Source: Candidatus Heteroclostridium caecigallinarum (lineage in GTDB: Bacteria > Bacillota > Clostridia > Christensenellales > CAG-314). Taken from it: a DNA stretch of 64,000 nt. Under the pieces are notes generated by a model. It was not told the DNA's origin and searched no databases. It worked only from the letters and a program-made list of their open reading frames with translations. Each line of letters begins with the position of its first letter. Position 1 is the stretch's first letter. Of this stretch, positions 37,979-46,445 are shown piece after piece. Both the position numbers and the translations under genes were made by a program. The stretch spans positions 33,139 to 97,138 of the forward strand of contig CAJFSP010000003.1 in NCBI GenBank assembly GCA_904419725.1. The letters are read 5' to 3'.

Positions 37979-38570
37979 GTTTTTCGGTCTGGACACCGAC
38001 GCCACCCAAAGGGCGCTGGACGTACGTTACGAAACGCTTAAAAAAGAATTGCAGGAGCAGCGTTTTCAGCCGGGAGAGGCGGGCGAGGACGCCGCGCGCA
38101 AACTGGGGCTTATAGATAATTATTACGCCGACGCCACCGCCGCTATAAAGGCGCGCGATCACGAGGGTAACGACGGCGCTTATATCGAGGTGGAAAACCT
38201 CATTAAAGCCAACAATCTCGGAATGGCGCAGAGCAGGCTCGACGAAATTTCGTCGCGCGACGCCGAGTGGCATTATCTGCAATCGATTATTTATTACAAG
38301 CAGAACTGGTTTCTGGAATCCAAAAAGCAGTTGGAGTTTGCCATGTCGATGGATTCTTCAAACCCTAAATACCGCGATTCTTACGACAAACTGACCAAAA
38401 TCATGGCGAGCAAAACCGTTTCGCCGGAAGAACTGCGCTCGAAGGAAGAGTCGACGCAGGGTCAGCCTGTGGGCGGCACGGGAGTGCCGACGTGCACCGG
38501 CAACTGCTGTTGCGACCTGTGCCTTGCCAATTCGTGCTGCAACTGCATGAGCAGCTGCATGCATTGCTGA
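37962..38570 (+). CDS. J-domain-like (HPD-less) protein with TPR-like helix pair and a highly Cys-rich C-terminal tail
   Basis: ORF 37941..38570. TTG 37962 preferred (AAGGAGG 9 nt upstream). NPFEFFGLDTDATQRALDVRYETLKKEL resembles J-domain helices I-II, but the HPD position reads FQPGE. Tail is TCTGNCCCDLCLANSCCNCMSSCMHC. Confidence 0.7.
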   Translation: MNNPFEFFGLDTDATQRALDVRYETLKKELQEQRFQPGEAGEDAARKLGLIDNYYADATAAIKARDHEGNDGAYIEVENLIKANNLGMAQSRLDEISSRDAEWHYLQSIIYYKQNWFLESKKQLEFAMSMDSSNPKYRDSYDKLTKIMASKTVSPEELRSKEESTQGQPVGGTGVPTCTGNCCCDLCLANSCCNCMSSCMHC

Positions 38571-38607
38571 CGCCGCCGGTATTCCTGCCGGTTCGCTGAA
38601 ATTTACG

Positions 38608-38643
38608 AAAAAAAGAGAGAAGGAATTCCTTCTCTCTTTTTTA
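38608..38643. terminator. Bidirectional terminator
   Basis: agagagaagg-aatt-ccttctctct stem flanked by A7 and T6 runs. Confidence 0.88.
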
Positions 38644-38659
38644 ACGCGCGGGGCGATTG

Positions 38660-38974
38660 TTATTCGGCGTCTTCATCGGTGGCTTCAAGCAGAAAACTTA
38701 CGGGGCGGAACCCGTCGTTGCATGAAATCATCGCCGATTTTTTGTTTTTCATCCAGCCGTTATAGATGTCTTCGCCGCCATAAGCCAGCGTCATAACGAA
38801 AGCGGACACGCTCTCCCACGCGCTATCGCAGAAATTGTCCGGCTTTTTCCAGCCGTTTGCCACAAATACCTGTCCTTCGGACATATCGCAGGCGTGCGTA
38901 ATGGGATTTTCGTATTTTTCCATCAAATCGGTGTAACGTGCCGTTTTCATTACGGTGATTTTTACTTTTTTCAT
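38660..38974 (-). CDS. Small conserved Cys-containing protein (resembles the TIGR04076 family)
   Basis: 104 aa. Conserved-looking HACD, NFCDSAW and ISCNDGFRPV blocks. The family call is from memory and tentative. Confidence 0.6.
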   Translation of the reverse strand: MKKVKITVMKTARYTDLMEKYENPITHACDMSEGQVFVANGWKKPDNFCDSAWESVSAFVMTLAYGGEDIYNGWMKNKKSAMISCNDGFRPVSFLLEATDEDAE

Positions 38975-39131
38975 TTAGCGTCAGTCCTGAAATTTATTTT
39001 CGCTTTGCGCTATTATATAACGCCCGCGCAGAAAAGTAAATAGCCGGCGGCGAAGCCGTTGGCGTTAAAGTAAACAGTCGGGGCGGACGCGCCCGTTTTG
39101 CGCCGCTGAAAGGGCGGCGGACGCCGCCGGT

Positions 39132-39368
39132 TCAGATTATGTTGTTTACCGTCCGGAAGGGATTTGTCGTTGTGGTGGTTGTGGTGGTGGACGTCCGGAA
39201 GTTGTTGTCGCAGCCGTTTCCGCAGCAGGCGTTGATTGCCCTGTTGCAGCAGCCGAACAGCATTATGCCCAGCGCCAGAAGTATGCCAGTTGTGGTGGAA
39301 AGACGGTTGTCGTTGTCCAGCACGGCGTACAGTAAAAGCAAATAAAGCAGATTGTTTGATAATGACAT
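39132..39368 (-). CDS. Small membrane protein with CC-x6-CC-x3-C cluster and a Thr8 tract
   Basis: 78 aa. GGAGG SD 7 nt upstream. Two hydrophobic segments, then GCCNRAINACCGNGCDNNFRTSTTTTTTTTNPFRT. Confidence 0.6.
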   Translation of the reverse strand: MSLSNNLLYLLLLYAVLDNDNRLSTTTGILLALGIMLFGCCNRAINACCGNGCDNNFRTSTTTTTTTTNPFRTVNNII

Positions 39369-39475
39369 AATAACGCCTCCGTTTTTACAAAACCGTTTTT
39401 TTATCTACAATATGCGACAAAATGTAAAAATGTGCGCATATTAACATTTGTTTGTGAAAAGGAGGCGTTATTATG
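39366..39475. promoter_or_regulatory. Divergent control region bracketed by a perfect 15-bp inverted repeat (SD + start codon of both genes), with an inner 8-bp inverted repeat as candidate ArsR operator
   Basis: Reverse complement of 39366-39380 equals 39461-39475 (ggaggcgttattatg). The inner inverted repeat is aatatgcg (39409-39416) and cgcatatt (39435-39442). Confidence 0.6.
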
Positions 39476-39811
39476 ACCGAACCCAGACTTCTGGACAAGC
39501 GCACGCAGAAAGAACTGTCGTATTATCTGCCCGACGCCGAAATGACGGAAAAACTCGCCGGGCTTTTCGCACTGTTCGCCGACAGGTCGAGACTGCGCAT
39601 GCTGTCGGCGCTGTCGATAAGCGAAATGTGCGTCACCGACCTTGCCTGTGTGCTTAAAATGAACCAGACCACGGTTTCGCACCAGCTGCAACTGCTCAGA
39701 AACACCGGCATGGTGGTCTGCAAGCGGCAGGGCAAGACGATTTTTTACAGACTTGCCACCGACAAAATAAACCAGGTCATGCTGTCGGGCGTGGAGTATC
39801 TGGGGTTTTGA
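39473..39811 (+). CDS. ArsR/SmtB-family metalloregulatory transcription repressor
   Basis: 112 aa. LFALFADRSRLRMLSAL, EMCVTDLAC (alpha3 Cys pair), and recognition helix TVSHQLQLLRNTGMV. Confidence 0.9.
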   Translation: MTEPRLLDKRTQKELSYYLPDAEMTEKLAGLFALFADRSRLRMLSALSISEMCVTDLACVLKMNQTTVSHQLQLLRNTGMVVCKRQGKTIFYRLATDKINQVMLSGVEYLGF

Positions 39812-39876
39812 CGGCGCGGACAAAAACGACGCAAAATGTCATTGAAATTAAAACGGCATGATGTTATAATTAAAAA

Positions 39877-41691
39877 ATGGACATAAGGGAAAAACTCGCC
39901 GAAAAAATAAAGACCCTGCCGCAGAATCCGGGGGTTTACATAATGTACGACAAGGACGGGCACGTCCTTTACGTCGGAAAGGCGAAAGTGCTTAAAAACA
40001 GGGTGAAGCAGTATTTTTACCTGACATCCAACAAGACGGAAAAAGTCAGCCTCATGATGAGCCATGTGGACGACTTCCGCTATATCATCACCAAAAGCGA
40101 AACCGACGCGCTGAGCCTTGAAAACAATCTTATCAAAAAATACAACCCGCCGTATAACATACTGCTCAAAGACGACAAGCAGTATCCTTATCTGCGGCTC
40201 ACCGCGGGCGAGGATTTTCCACGGGTGGAAATCACAAGAAAAGTACGCAAAGACAACGCCCGCTATTTCGGGCCGGTGATGGGCGGAGTGAAAGATTATC
40301 TCGAACTTGTGCGCGATATTTTTCCCATAGCCTCGTGCAAGTACGATTTTTCCAGACTGCCGAAAAACTTCCGCCCATGCCTCAACTATCACATAGGGCG
40401 GTGCGGCGCGCCGTGCGCCGGATACGTCACCAAAGAAGAGTATGCCGGCATCGTCAAAAAACTTGTGGAGTTTCTGGGCGGCGACGACAAATACGTCGTG
40501 GATATGCTCAAAAAGAAAATGGCGGACGCCAGCGAAAAGACGGAATACGAAAAAGCGCTGCTCGCCAAAAACCAACTTGACCTTGTGCTGCGGCTCAGGG
40601 AAACGAAAGTCGTCAACCTGACGCGCATTGTGGACTATGACGTGTTTAACCTCTGCTCCGACGGCAAAACCACGGTGGCGACGTATATCGGCATACGCAA
40701 GGGCAAAATTCTGGTGTGCGAAAACTATCCCGTCATAGACGTCAGTATAACCGAGGCGCAGGCGATGTCGGCGTTTTTAACGCAGTATTATTCCGCCAAC
40801 AGGGCGGAGTGCGGCAAAGTGCTTGTTGGCGTAATGCCGGAAAACAAAGAGGCGCTGGAAGAGTTTCTGAGCGCCGCCGCCGGCAAAAAAGTCAGCATAG
40901 TGTGCCCGCAGAAAGGCGACGGCCGCCAACTGACGGACATGGCGCTTAAAAACGCGTCGGACTATCTGGAAAAAAACCGTCTCCACGAAGACAGAAAATA
41001 TGCTTCGACGGTGGGCGCCGCCTATCAGTTGCAGGAACTGCTGGGGCTTAAAAAATTTCCGCGCAGAATGGAATGCTACGATATATCCAACGTGCAGGGC
41101 GTGGACAAAGTGGCGTCTATGGTGGTGTTTGTCAACGGCGAAAAACAAAACAAACTTTATCGCCGCTTCAAAATCAAGACTGTGGAGGGCGCCAACGACT
41201 TTGCCAGCATGGCGGAAGTCATAAAGCGGCGGCTGGACAAGATAGGCGACGAGCAGTTCGGCGAAAAGCCCGACCTCATAGTGATAGACGGCGGTCTTGG
41301 CCAACTGGGTTACGCCGGGCGGGTGCTTGCCGAAAGCGGACAGGACATAGAGATGATTTCGCTCGCCAAGCGCGAGGAAGAAGTTTTCACCACGGAAAGC
41401 AAGCGGTCGGTAATGCTGCCGAGGCGCAGCCACGCGCTTAACCTGCTCATCAACATCAGGGACGAGGCTCACCGTTTCGCCATAACCTATTTCCGCAGAC
41501 TGCACACCATCAACGCCTTGAAGTCGGAACTTGAAAAAATCGACGGCATAGGCGAAAAAAGGCAGAAGCAGCTGATGAAAGCCTTCCGCAATATAGAAAA
41601 CATAGAAAACGCCGACGTCGGACAACTTATCGAGGTTGGCGGACTCAATAAAAAGACGGCGCAGAACGTCTATGATTATTTTCACGCCTGA
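39877..41691 (+). CDS. uvrC: Excinuclease ABC subunit C
   Basis: 604 aa. GIY-YIG (GVYIMYD..LYVGKA), UVR domain, Endo V-like and HhH C-terminus. Confidence 0.96.
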   Translation: MDIREKLAEKIKTLPQNPGVYIMYDKDGHVLYVGKAKVLKNRVKQYFYLTSNKTEKVSLMMSHVDDFRYIITKSETDALSLENNLIKKYNPPYNILLKDDKQYPYLRLTAGEDFPRVEITRKVRKDNARYFGPVMGGVKDYLELVRDIFPIASCKYDFSRLPKNFRPCLNYHIGRCGAPCAGYVTKEEYAGIVKKLVEFLGGDDKYVVDMLKKKMADASEKTEYEKALLAKNQLDLVLRLRETKVVNLTRIVDYDVFNLCSDGKTTVATYIGIRKGKILVCENYPVIDVSITEAQAMSAFLTQYYSANRAECGKVLVGVMPENKEALEEFLSAAAGKKVSIVCPQKGDGRQLTDMALKNASDYLEKNRLHEDRKYASTVGAAYQLQELLGLKKFPRRMECYDISNVQGVDKVASMVVFVNGEKQNKLYRRFKIKTVEGANDFASMAEVIKRRLDKIGDEQFGEKPDLIVIDGGLGQLGYAGRVLAESGQDIEMISLAKREEEVFTTESKRSVMLPRRSHALNLLINIRDEAHRFAITYFRRLHTINALKSELEKIDGIGEKRQKQLMKAFRNIENIENADVGQLIEVGGLNKKTAQNVYDYFHA

Positions 41692-41699
41692 GGAGTATT

Positions 41700-42623
41700 A
41701 TGGAAAACACTTACGTCAAAAAAGAATTCACGGCGGAAGAATTCGCCCGAGACATGGAACTTGAACTTGTGCTCGACGGCGGAAAGCCCGTGAGCGTCGC
41801 TTCGCCGAACGTCAACAGAATGTGGCTGCAACTGACGGGACATTTCGAGTATTTTACCGAGGACAGGGTGCAGATTATAGGCCCAAGCGAGGCGCACTTT
41901 CTCGACAGCCGTTCGGCGGAAGAACGCGCCGCGCTTATAGACAGGCTGTTTGAAAACCCCTTTACCTGCGTTGTTTTCAGCAGGGGACTCAAAGCCGACG
42001 ACAGGTTTATCGGGCGGGCAAAAACCAACGGCGTGTCGGTGTTCCGCTCCAAACTGCCGACGTCGGAACTCATAAGCCACGTTGTGGAAAAACTCAAAGA
42101 CCTGCTGGCGCAGACGGTGCAGGAACACGGCGTGCTTATGGACATCAACGGCGTGGGCGTCATGATTTGCGGAAACAGCGGCATAGGCAAGAGCGAAATC
42201 GCTCTGGAACTGTTGCGCAGGGGGCACAGAATCGTCGCCGACGACGTTGTGGTCATAAAGCGCATAGGCGACACGGTGGAAGGCAGCGCCAACCCGCTTG
42301 TCAGAAATTTTATGGAACTGCGCGGCGTGGGGCTTGTAAACATCGTCAATCTGTGCGGCGTGGAATCCATTAAACTGACGCAGCAGGTGGAACTCATCAT
42401 TCAACTTGAAGAGTGGGACGAAAATAAAAATTACGAAAGGCTGGGCGGCGAGTCGGAGAGCAGGGAAATTCTGGGCGTGAAGATAACGCAGATGACGATT
42501 CCGGTGTCGCCGGGGCGCAACATAGCCGTTGTGGTGGAAACCGCGGCGTCGGTTTACCGTCTGCAAAAGATGGGATACAACGCCATGGACGAACTCAGCG
42601 GACGCATGAAAAACAACAAATAA
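41700..42623 (+). CDS. hprK: HPr kinase/phosphorylase
   Basis: 307 aa. GVLMDINGVGVMICGNSGIGKSEIALEL P-loop and ELRGVG signature. Confidence 0.96.
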   Translation: MENTYVKKEFTAEEFARDMELELVLDGGKPVSVASPNVNRMWLQLTGHFEYFTEDRVQIIGPSEAHFLDSRSAEERAALIDRLFENPFTCVVFSRGLKADDRFIGRAKTNGVSVFRSKLPTSELISHVVEKLKDLLAQTVQEHGVLMDINGVGVMICGNSGIGKSEIALELLRRGHRIVADDVVVIKRIGDTVEGSANPLVRNFMELRGVGLVNIVNLCGVESIKLTQQVELIIQLEEWDENKNYERLGGESESREILGVKITQMTIPVSPGRNIAVVVETAASVYRLQKMGYNAMDELSGRMKNNK

Positions 42624-42626
42624 AGC

Positions 42627-42654
42627 GAGGGACGGCGCCGCCGTCCCTTTTTTC
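42627..42654 (+). terminator. Terminator after hprK
   Basis: agggacggcg/cgccgtccct stem followed by tttttt. Confidence 0.88.
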
Positions 42655-42687
42655 ATAAACGCCGCTTCCGCAAAATATATTTATTTT

Positions 42688-43704
42688 GTGAATATAAAAG
42701 GCAAAATTGCGGCGGTTTTGTTCGCCGCGTTTATGGTAAGCGCGCCCTTCTGGGCGGTCGCCGGAACGGAAAGCGCCGTGCCCGAAGGGTACAAAGGCGT
42801 GCTGACGCTGTGGCAGGTGGACGGCTTTGAGGGAGGAAGCGGCAGCCGTTCGGCTTTTCTGAACGGCAGGGCGATTGAGTTCGAGAAGTCGCACCCCGGG
42901 GTGCTGGTAAGCGTGCAGACATACACATGTGAGCAGGTGAGGCAAAAACTGCTGGACGGCGACAGGTTTGACCTTATTTCTTTTCCCGTGGGGACGGGGC
43001 AGTACGTCAGGCGACACCTCGCCGTGTATGACGGCGCGGTGAACGTGCGTGACGATTTGCTGGAAGGCGGCAAACTCGGCGGGGACATTTACGCCGTGCC
43101 GTGGACTTTGGGCGGATACGCGCTGTGCGCGTTTGACGAAACGCTGGACGGCGGCGTCCTGACGCCGGAAACGCTCGCCGACGGAAAATACACGCTGGGC
43201 GTCGGTTTCTGGGACTACGGCAACCCGTTCGCCGCGCTGGAAACCGCTCTGCCGGGCGGCGTGAAAGTGTGGAACGGAGAAACCGCCACGTCATACGGGG
43301 CTTACGAAAGTTTTCTGTCGGGGCGGTGCGACGTTTTGCTTGCTACGCAAAGAGACATATCCAGGCTTAAACTGCGGCAGAGCCAGGGGCGGCTGGAAAG
43401 CCTTTCGGTTTATTATCTGGGCGGATACACCGACCTGACGCAATATATAGGCTACGCCGACAACGGCGGCGGAAGGGGCGACTACGCCAAGGAATTCATA
43501 CAATATCTCACTTCCGACGCGGCGCAGAAAAAACTGACCGGCATAGAGATGTTTTCGGCGGCGCTGGACATATATTCTTCGGGCATGCACGGCGAAATGC
43601 AAAGGGCGCTGGACGGACGGCTGACGTCCGTTAACGTGTTTACCGACGGCGAAATTCTGGCGCGAAAGCGCGGCGAAAGCATGGAGGCGTGGCGGCGTGA
43701 CTGA
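42688..43704 (+). CDS. Exported hypothetical protein (weak resemblance to extracellular solute-binding proteins)
   Basis: 338 aa. GTG start. N-terminal signal peptide IAAVLFAAFMVSAPFWAVAG. No strong SD. Confidence 0.55.
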   Translation: MNIKGKIAAVLFAAFMVSAPFWAVAGTESAVPEGYKGVLTLWQVDGFEGGSGSRSAFLNGRAIEFEKSHPGVLVSVQTYTCEQVRQKLLDGDRFDLISFPVGTGQYVRRHLAVYDGAVNVRDDLLEGGKLGGDIYAVPWTLGGYALCAFDETLDGGVLTPETLADGKYTLGVGFWDYGNPFAALETALPGGVKVWNGETATSYGAYESFLSGRCDVLLATQRDISRLKLRQSQGRLESLSVYYLGGYTDLTQYIGYADNGGGRGDYAKEFIQYLTSDAAQKKLTGIEMFSAALDIYSSGMHGEMQRALDGRLTSVNVFTDGEILARKRGESMEAWRRD

Positions 43705-44647
43705 CGTTTATGACAAGATAGCGGCAAACTTCGCCCACGCGCGCAAAGACGTCAGCCTGGCGTCGCTGACCACGTTCCGCATAGGCGGGCCGTGCCGCCT
43801 GTTGGTTGAGGCTTGCGATGAGGGGGAAATTTCCAAAACGCTTGATTTATGCCGTGAGTATGATGTAAAATATACAATAATGGGGAACGGTTCCGACATA
43901 CTCGCCGCCGACGACGGGTTTGACGGCGTGGCGCTGAAACTCGGCGGGAAATTCGCCCGCGTTTCGGTGAGAAACGGAAAAATCTTCGCCACGGCCGGGA
44001 CGCCGGTAAAAAGCGTTTATAACGCCGCTCTCGGCGCCGGTATGGGCGGAATGGAATTTCTGTCGGCGCTGCCGGCCAGTCTGGGCGGCGCGGTGCGGAT
44101 GAACGCCGGCTGTTTCGGCGGACAGATGTCGGACATCGTGGAGAAAGTCTGGGCTGTCGGTGAAGGCGGAAAGCGTGAGTTTTCGGGGGAAGAACTCGCT
44201 TTCGGGTACAGAAACAGCGCTTTTTGCCGTAACGGATTTGTGATAACGGCGGCGCTACTGTCTTCTTACCATTCGGCCGCTGAGCGTATAGCGGAAAAGG
44301 CGGCTTTTATGCTGGCGGAGAAAAAGCGCTCGCAGCCGGTTGAGTGTTTCAGCGCCGGCAGCGTTTTCAGAAGAGAAGGCGATGTCGTGCCCGCGCGTCT
44401 TATAGACCTTTGCGGTCTGAAAGGCTTTTGCGTGGGGGACGCCGCCGTATCGGAAAAGCACGCGGGGTTTATAATAAACAAAGGACACGCCACCTGCCGC
44501 GATGTTGTGAAACTCATCGACATCGTCGCGCGGAAAGTAAAAGCCGAGTTCGGCGTGCTGTTGCGGTTGGAAATTCAACTGCTGGGGAGTACCGATGATT
44601 TTAGGCGATTATCATACGCATACGGTGTTCAGTCACGGCAAACATAA
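43697..44647 (+). CDS. murB: UDP-N-acetylenolpyruvoylglucosamine reductase
   Basis: 316 aa. LASLTTFRIGGP, GNGSDIL, SAGSVFR. GGAGG SD before GTG 43697. The 3' end overlaps the next gene by 53 nt. Confidence 0.93.
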   Translation: MTDVYDKIAANFAHARKDVSLASLTTFRIGGPCRLLVEACDEGEISKTLDLCREYDVKYTIMGNGSDILAADDGFDGVALKLGGKFARVSVRNGKIFATAGTPVKSVYNAALGAGMGGMEFLSALPASLGGAVRMNAGCFGGQMSDIVEKVWAVGEGGKREFSGEELAFGYRNSAFCRNGFVITAALLSSYHSAAERIAEKAAFMLAEKKRSQPVECFSAGSVFRREGDVVPARLIDLCGLKGFCVGDAAVSEKHAGFIINKGHATCRDVVKLIDIVARKVKAEFGVLLRLEIQLLGSTDDFRRLSYAYGVQSRQT

Positions 44648-45350
44648 GATTGAGGACAACGCCGCCGCGGCGGCGGAAAAGGGACTGAAAGAAATTGCCA
44701 TTACCGACCACGGGCTGAGGCACGTGGCTTTCGGCATGAAACGCAACGACATACCCGAAATGCGGCGTATTATAGACAAGACTAATAGCAGACTGCCGGA
44801 GGTGCGGGTGCTGTTCGGCGTGGAGGCCAATCTGTACACAACGGAGGGCGACATCGACCTTAAACCTGCGGACAGGGAGTGTTTCGACATAATACTCGCC
44901 GGTTTTCACAAAGCCGCTCTGGCGAAAAACCCTAAGGACTGGTGGCTGTTTTACGTCTGCCCGATGTGGCAGGACAGGTTCGGATACACAAAACAGGCAA
45001 TCCAGCGCAATACGGACGCTTACGTCAAGGCGATAAAGTCGGGGCACTGCGACGTCATAACGCACCTTAACTACGGAATGAAGACCGATGTGAAACAGGT
45101 GGCGCAGGCGGCGAAAGACTACGGCGTGTGTCTGGAACTCAACGGCAAGCGCGTCAGCATGACGGACGAGGAAGTAATGACCATTGTCGACGTGGGCGCG
45201 CCGATAATAGTCAATTCCGACGCGCACAGCAAGGACAGGGTGGGCGACGTTTCGGTGCCGATGAGCGTTGTCGAAAGACTGGGCATAGACAAAAACATAA
45301 TAGTCAACTGGGAAAAACTGCCGCGGTTCGGCAGACGAGCCGCAAGATAA
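44595..45350 (+). CDS. PHP-domain metal-dependent phosphoesterase (histidinol-phosphatase-like)
   Basis: 251 aa. N-terminal DYHTHT, plus ITDHG and later His/Asp ligands (SDAHS). GGGGAG SD. Confidence 0.85.
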   Translation: MILGDYHTHTVFSHGKHKIEDNAAAAAEKGLKEIAITDHGLRHVAFGMKRNDIPEMRRIIDKTNSRLPEVRVLFGVEANLYTTEGDIDLKPADRECFDIILAGFHKAALAKNPKDWWLFYVCPMWQDRFGYTKQAIQRNTDAYVKAIKSGHCDVITHLNYGMKTDVKQVAQAAKDYGVCLELNGKRVSMTDEEVMTIVDVGAPIIVNSDAHSKDRVGDVSVPMSVVERLGIDKNIIVNWEKLPRFGRRAAR

Positions 45351-45353
45351 ACG

Positions 45354-45383
45354 GGGCGCGGAAAAATTCCGCCGCCTTTTTTA
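45354..45383 (+). terminator. Terminator after the PHP gene
   Basis: ggcgcggaa-aaa-ttccgccgcc imperfect stem followed by tttttt. Confidence 0.6.
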
Positions 45384-45464
45384 TTAAAATTTTAACCGCG
45401 CGCCCGCCGCGGTTTTTATTGAAATCGAAGCCGATGTATGTTAAACTTATATATCGGAGTTGAT

Positions 45465-46409
45465 ATGACTTTTACGCAGTCGGTAAAAAACCAGATTATA
45501 AAAAACAGCCGTAATCTCGCGCCGTGCTGCCGCGCGGTGCTCATAGGCTGTCTGATACGCACTACGGGCGGCATCGAGATAGACGCCGCCGGGTTCGGGT
45601 TTTCGCTTTCGTCGGAAAACCTCGCTCTGCTGAAATTCGCTTCCGCCGTCATTGAGAAAACTTTCGGGGCGGAGTGCCGGGTCACGCAGGAAAACGGCGT
45701 GCGGCTGAAAAACAGAAGCGTTTACCGGCTCAGCGCGCCGTCAAGCGAAAACATTCTTTACGAGTGCGGCGTGCTGTCTGTCAACGGCGACGGCAACAGA
45801 GAAATATGCGAGACCTTTCCGCGCGAACTGCTTGCCGACGACTGCTGTAAAAAAACTTTTATAACGTCGATGTTTCTGGGCTGCGGGGCTATAAGCCTCA
45901 AAGACGGATATCACTGCGAGTTTTCGCTGGGCAACGCCGCCCTGGCGGAGCAGCTGAGAAACATGCTGTGCGAGTGTTATTTCTGCCCGAAGGTTTCGAG
46001 CAGAAAAGGCGAAACCGTGTTGTATTTCAAGGGAAGCGAGCAGATAAGCGACCTTTTGGTGTATCTCGGCGCGACGCAGGCTGTTTTCGAGTTGCAGAAC
46101 ACTATTGTCGAGCGTTCGGTGAGAAACAACGCCAACAGGCAGACCAACTGCATTTCCGCCAATATCGACAAGGTGGTGGAAGCCAGCGAAAGGCAGCTCG
46201 CCGCCATAAGAACCATCGAAAACGGAATAGGGCTGGACGCCCTTCCGCCAAAACTCAAAGAGGCGGCTTTGCTGCGCAAAGAATACCCGTCGGCCAGTCT
46301 TGACGAACTGGTGGGCGTAAACGGAAGCGTCAGCAAGAGCGGGCTCAACCACAGATTCAGGAAAATTATCGAAACGGCGGGTCTGATTTCGGAAAAGAAT
46401 AAAGACTGA
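45465..46409 (+). CDS. whiA: DNA-binding sporulation/cell-division regulator WhiA
   Basis: ORF 45438..46409. ATG 45465 preferred (GGAG SD, MTFTQSVKNQI). LAGLIDADG-like degenerate repeats and a C-terminal HTH (SKSGLNHRFRKI). Confidence 0.92.
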   Translation: MTFTQSVKNQIIKNSRNLAPCCRAVLIGCLIRTTGGIEIDAAGFGFSLSSENLALLKFASAVIEKTFGAECRVTQENGVRLKNRSVYRLSAPSSENILYECGVLSVNGDGNREICETFPRELLADDCCKKTFITSMFLGCGAISLKDGYHCEFSLGNAALAEQLRNMLCECYFCPKVSSRKGETVLYFKGSEQISDLLVYLGATQAVFELQNTIVERSVRNNANRQTNCISANIDKVVEASERQLAAIRTIENGIGLDALPPKLKEAALLRKEYPSASLDELVGVNGSVSKSGLNHRFRKIIETAGLISEKNKD

Positions 46410-46445
46410 GTTTCGGTACTGATAAACACATACAAGGAGGCAAAA

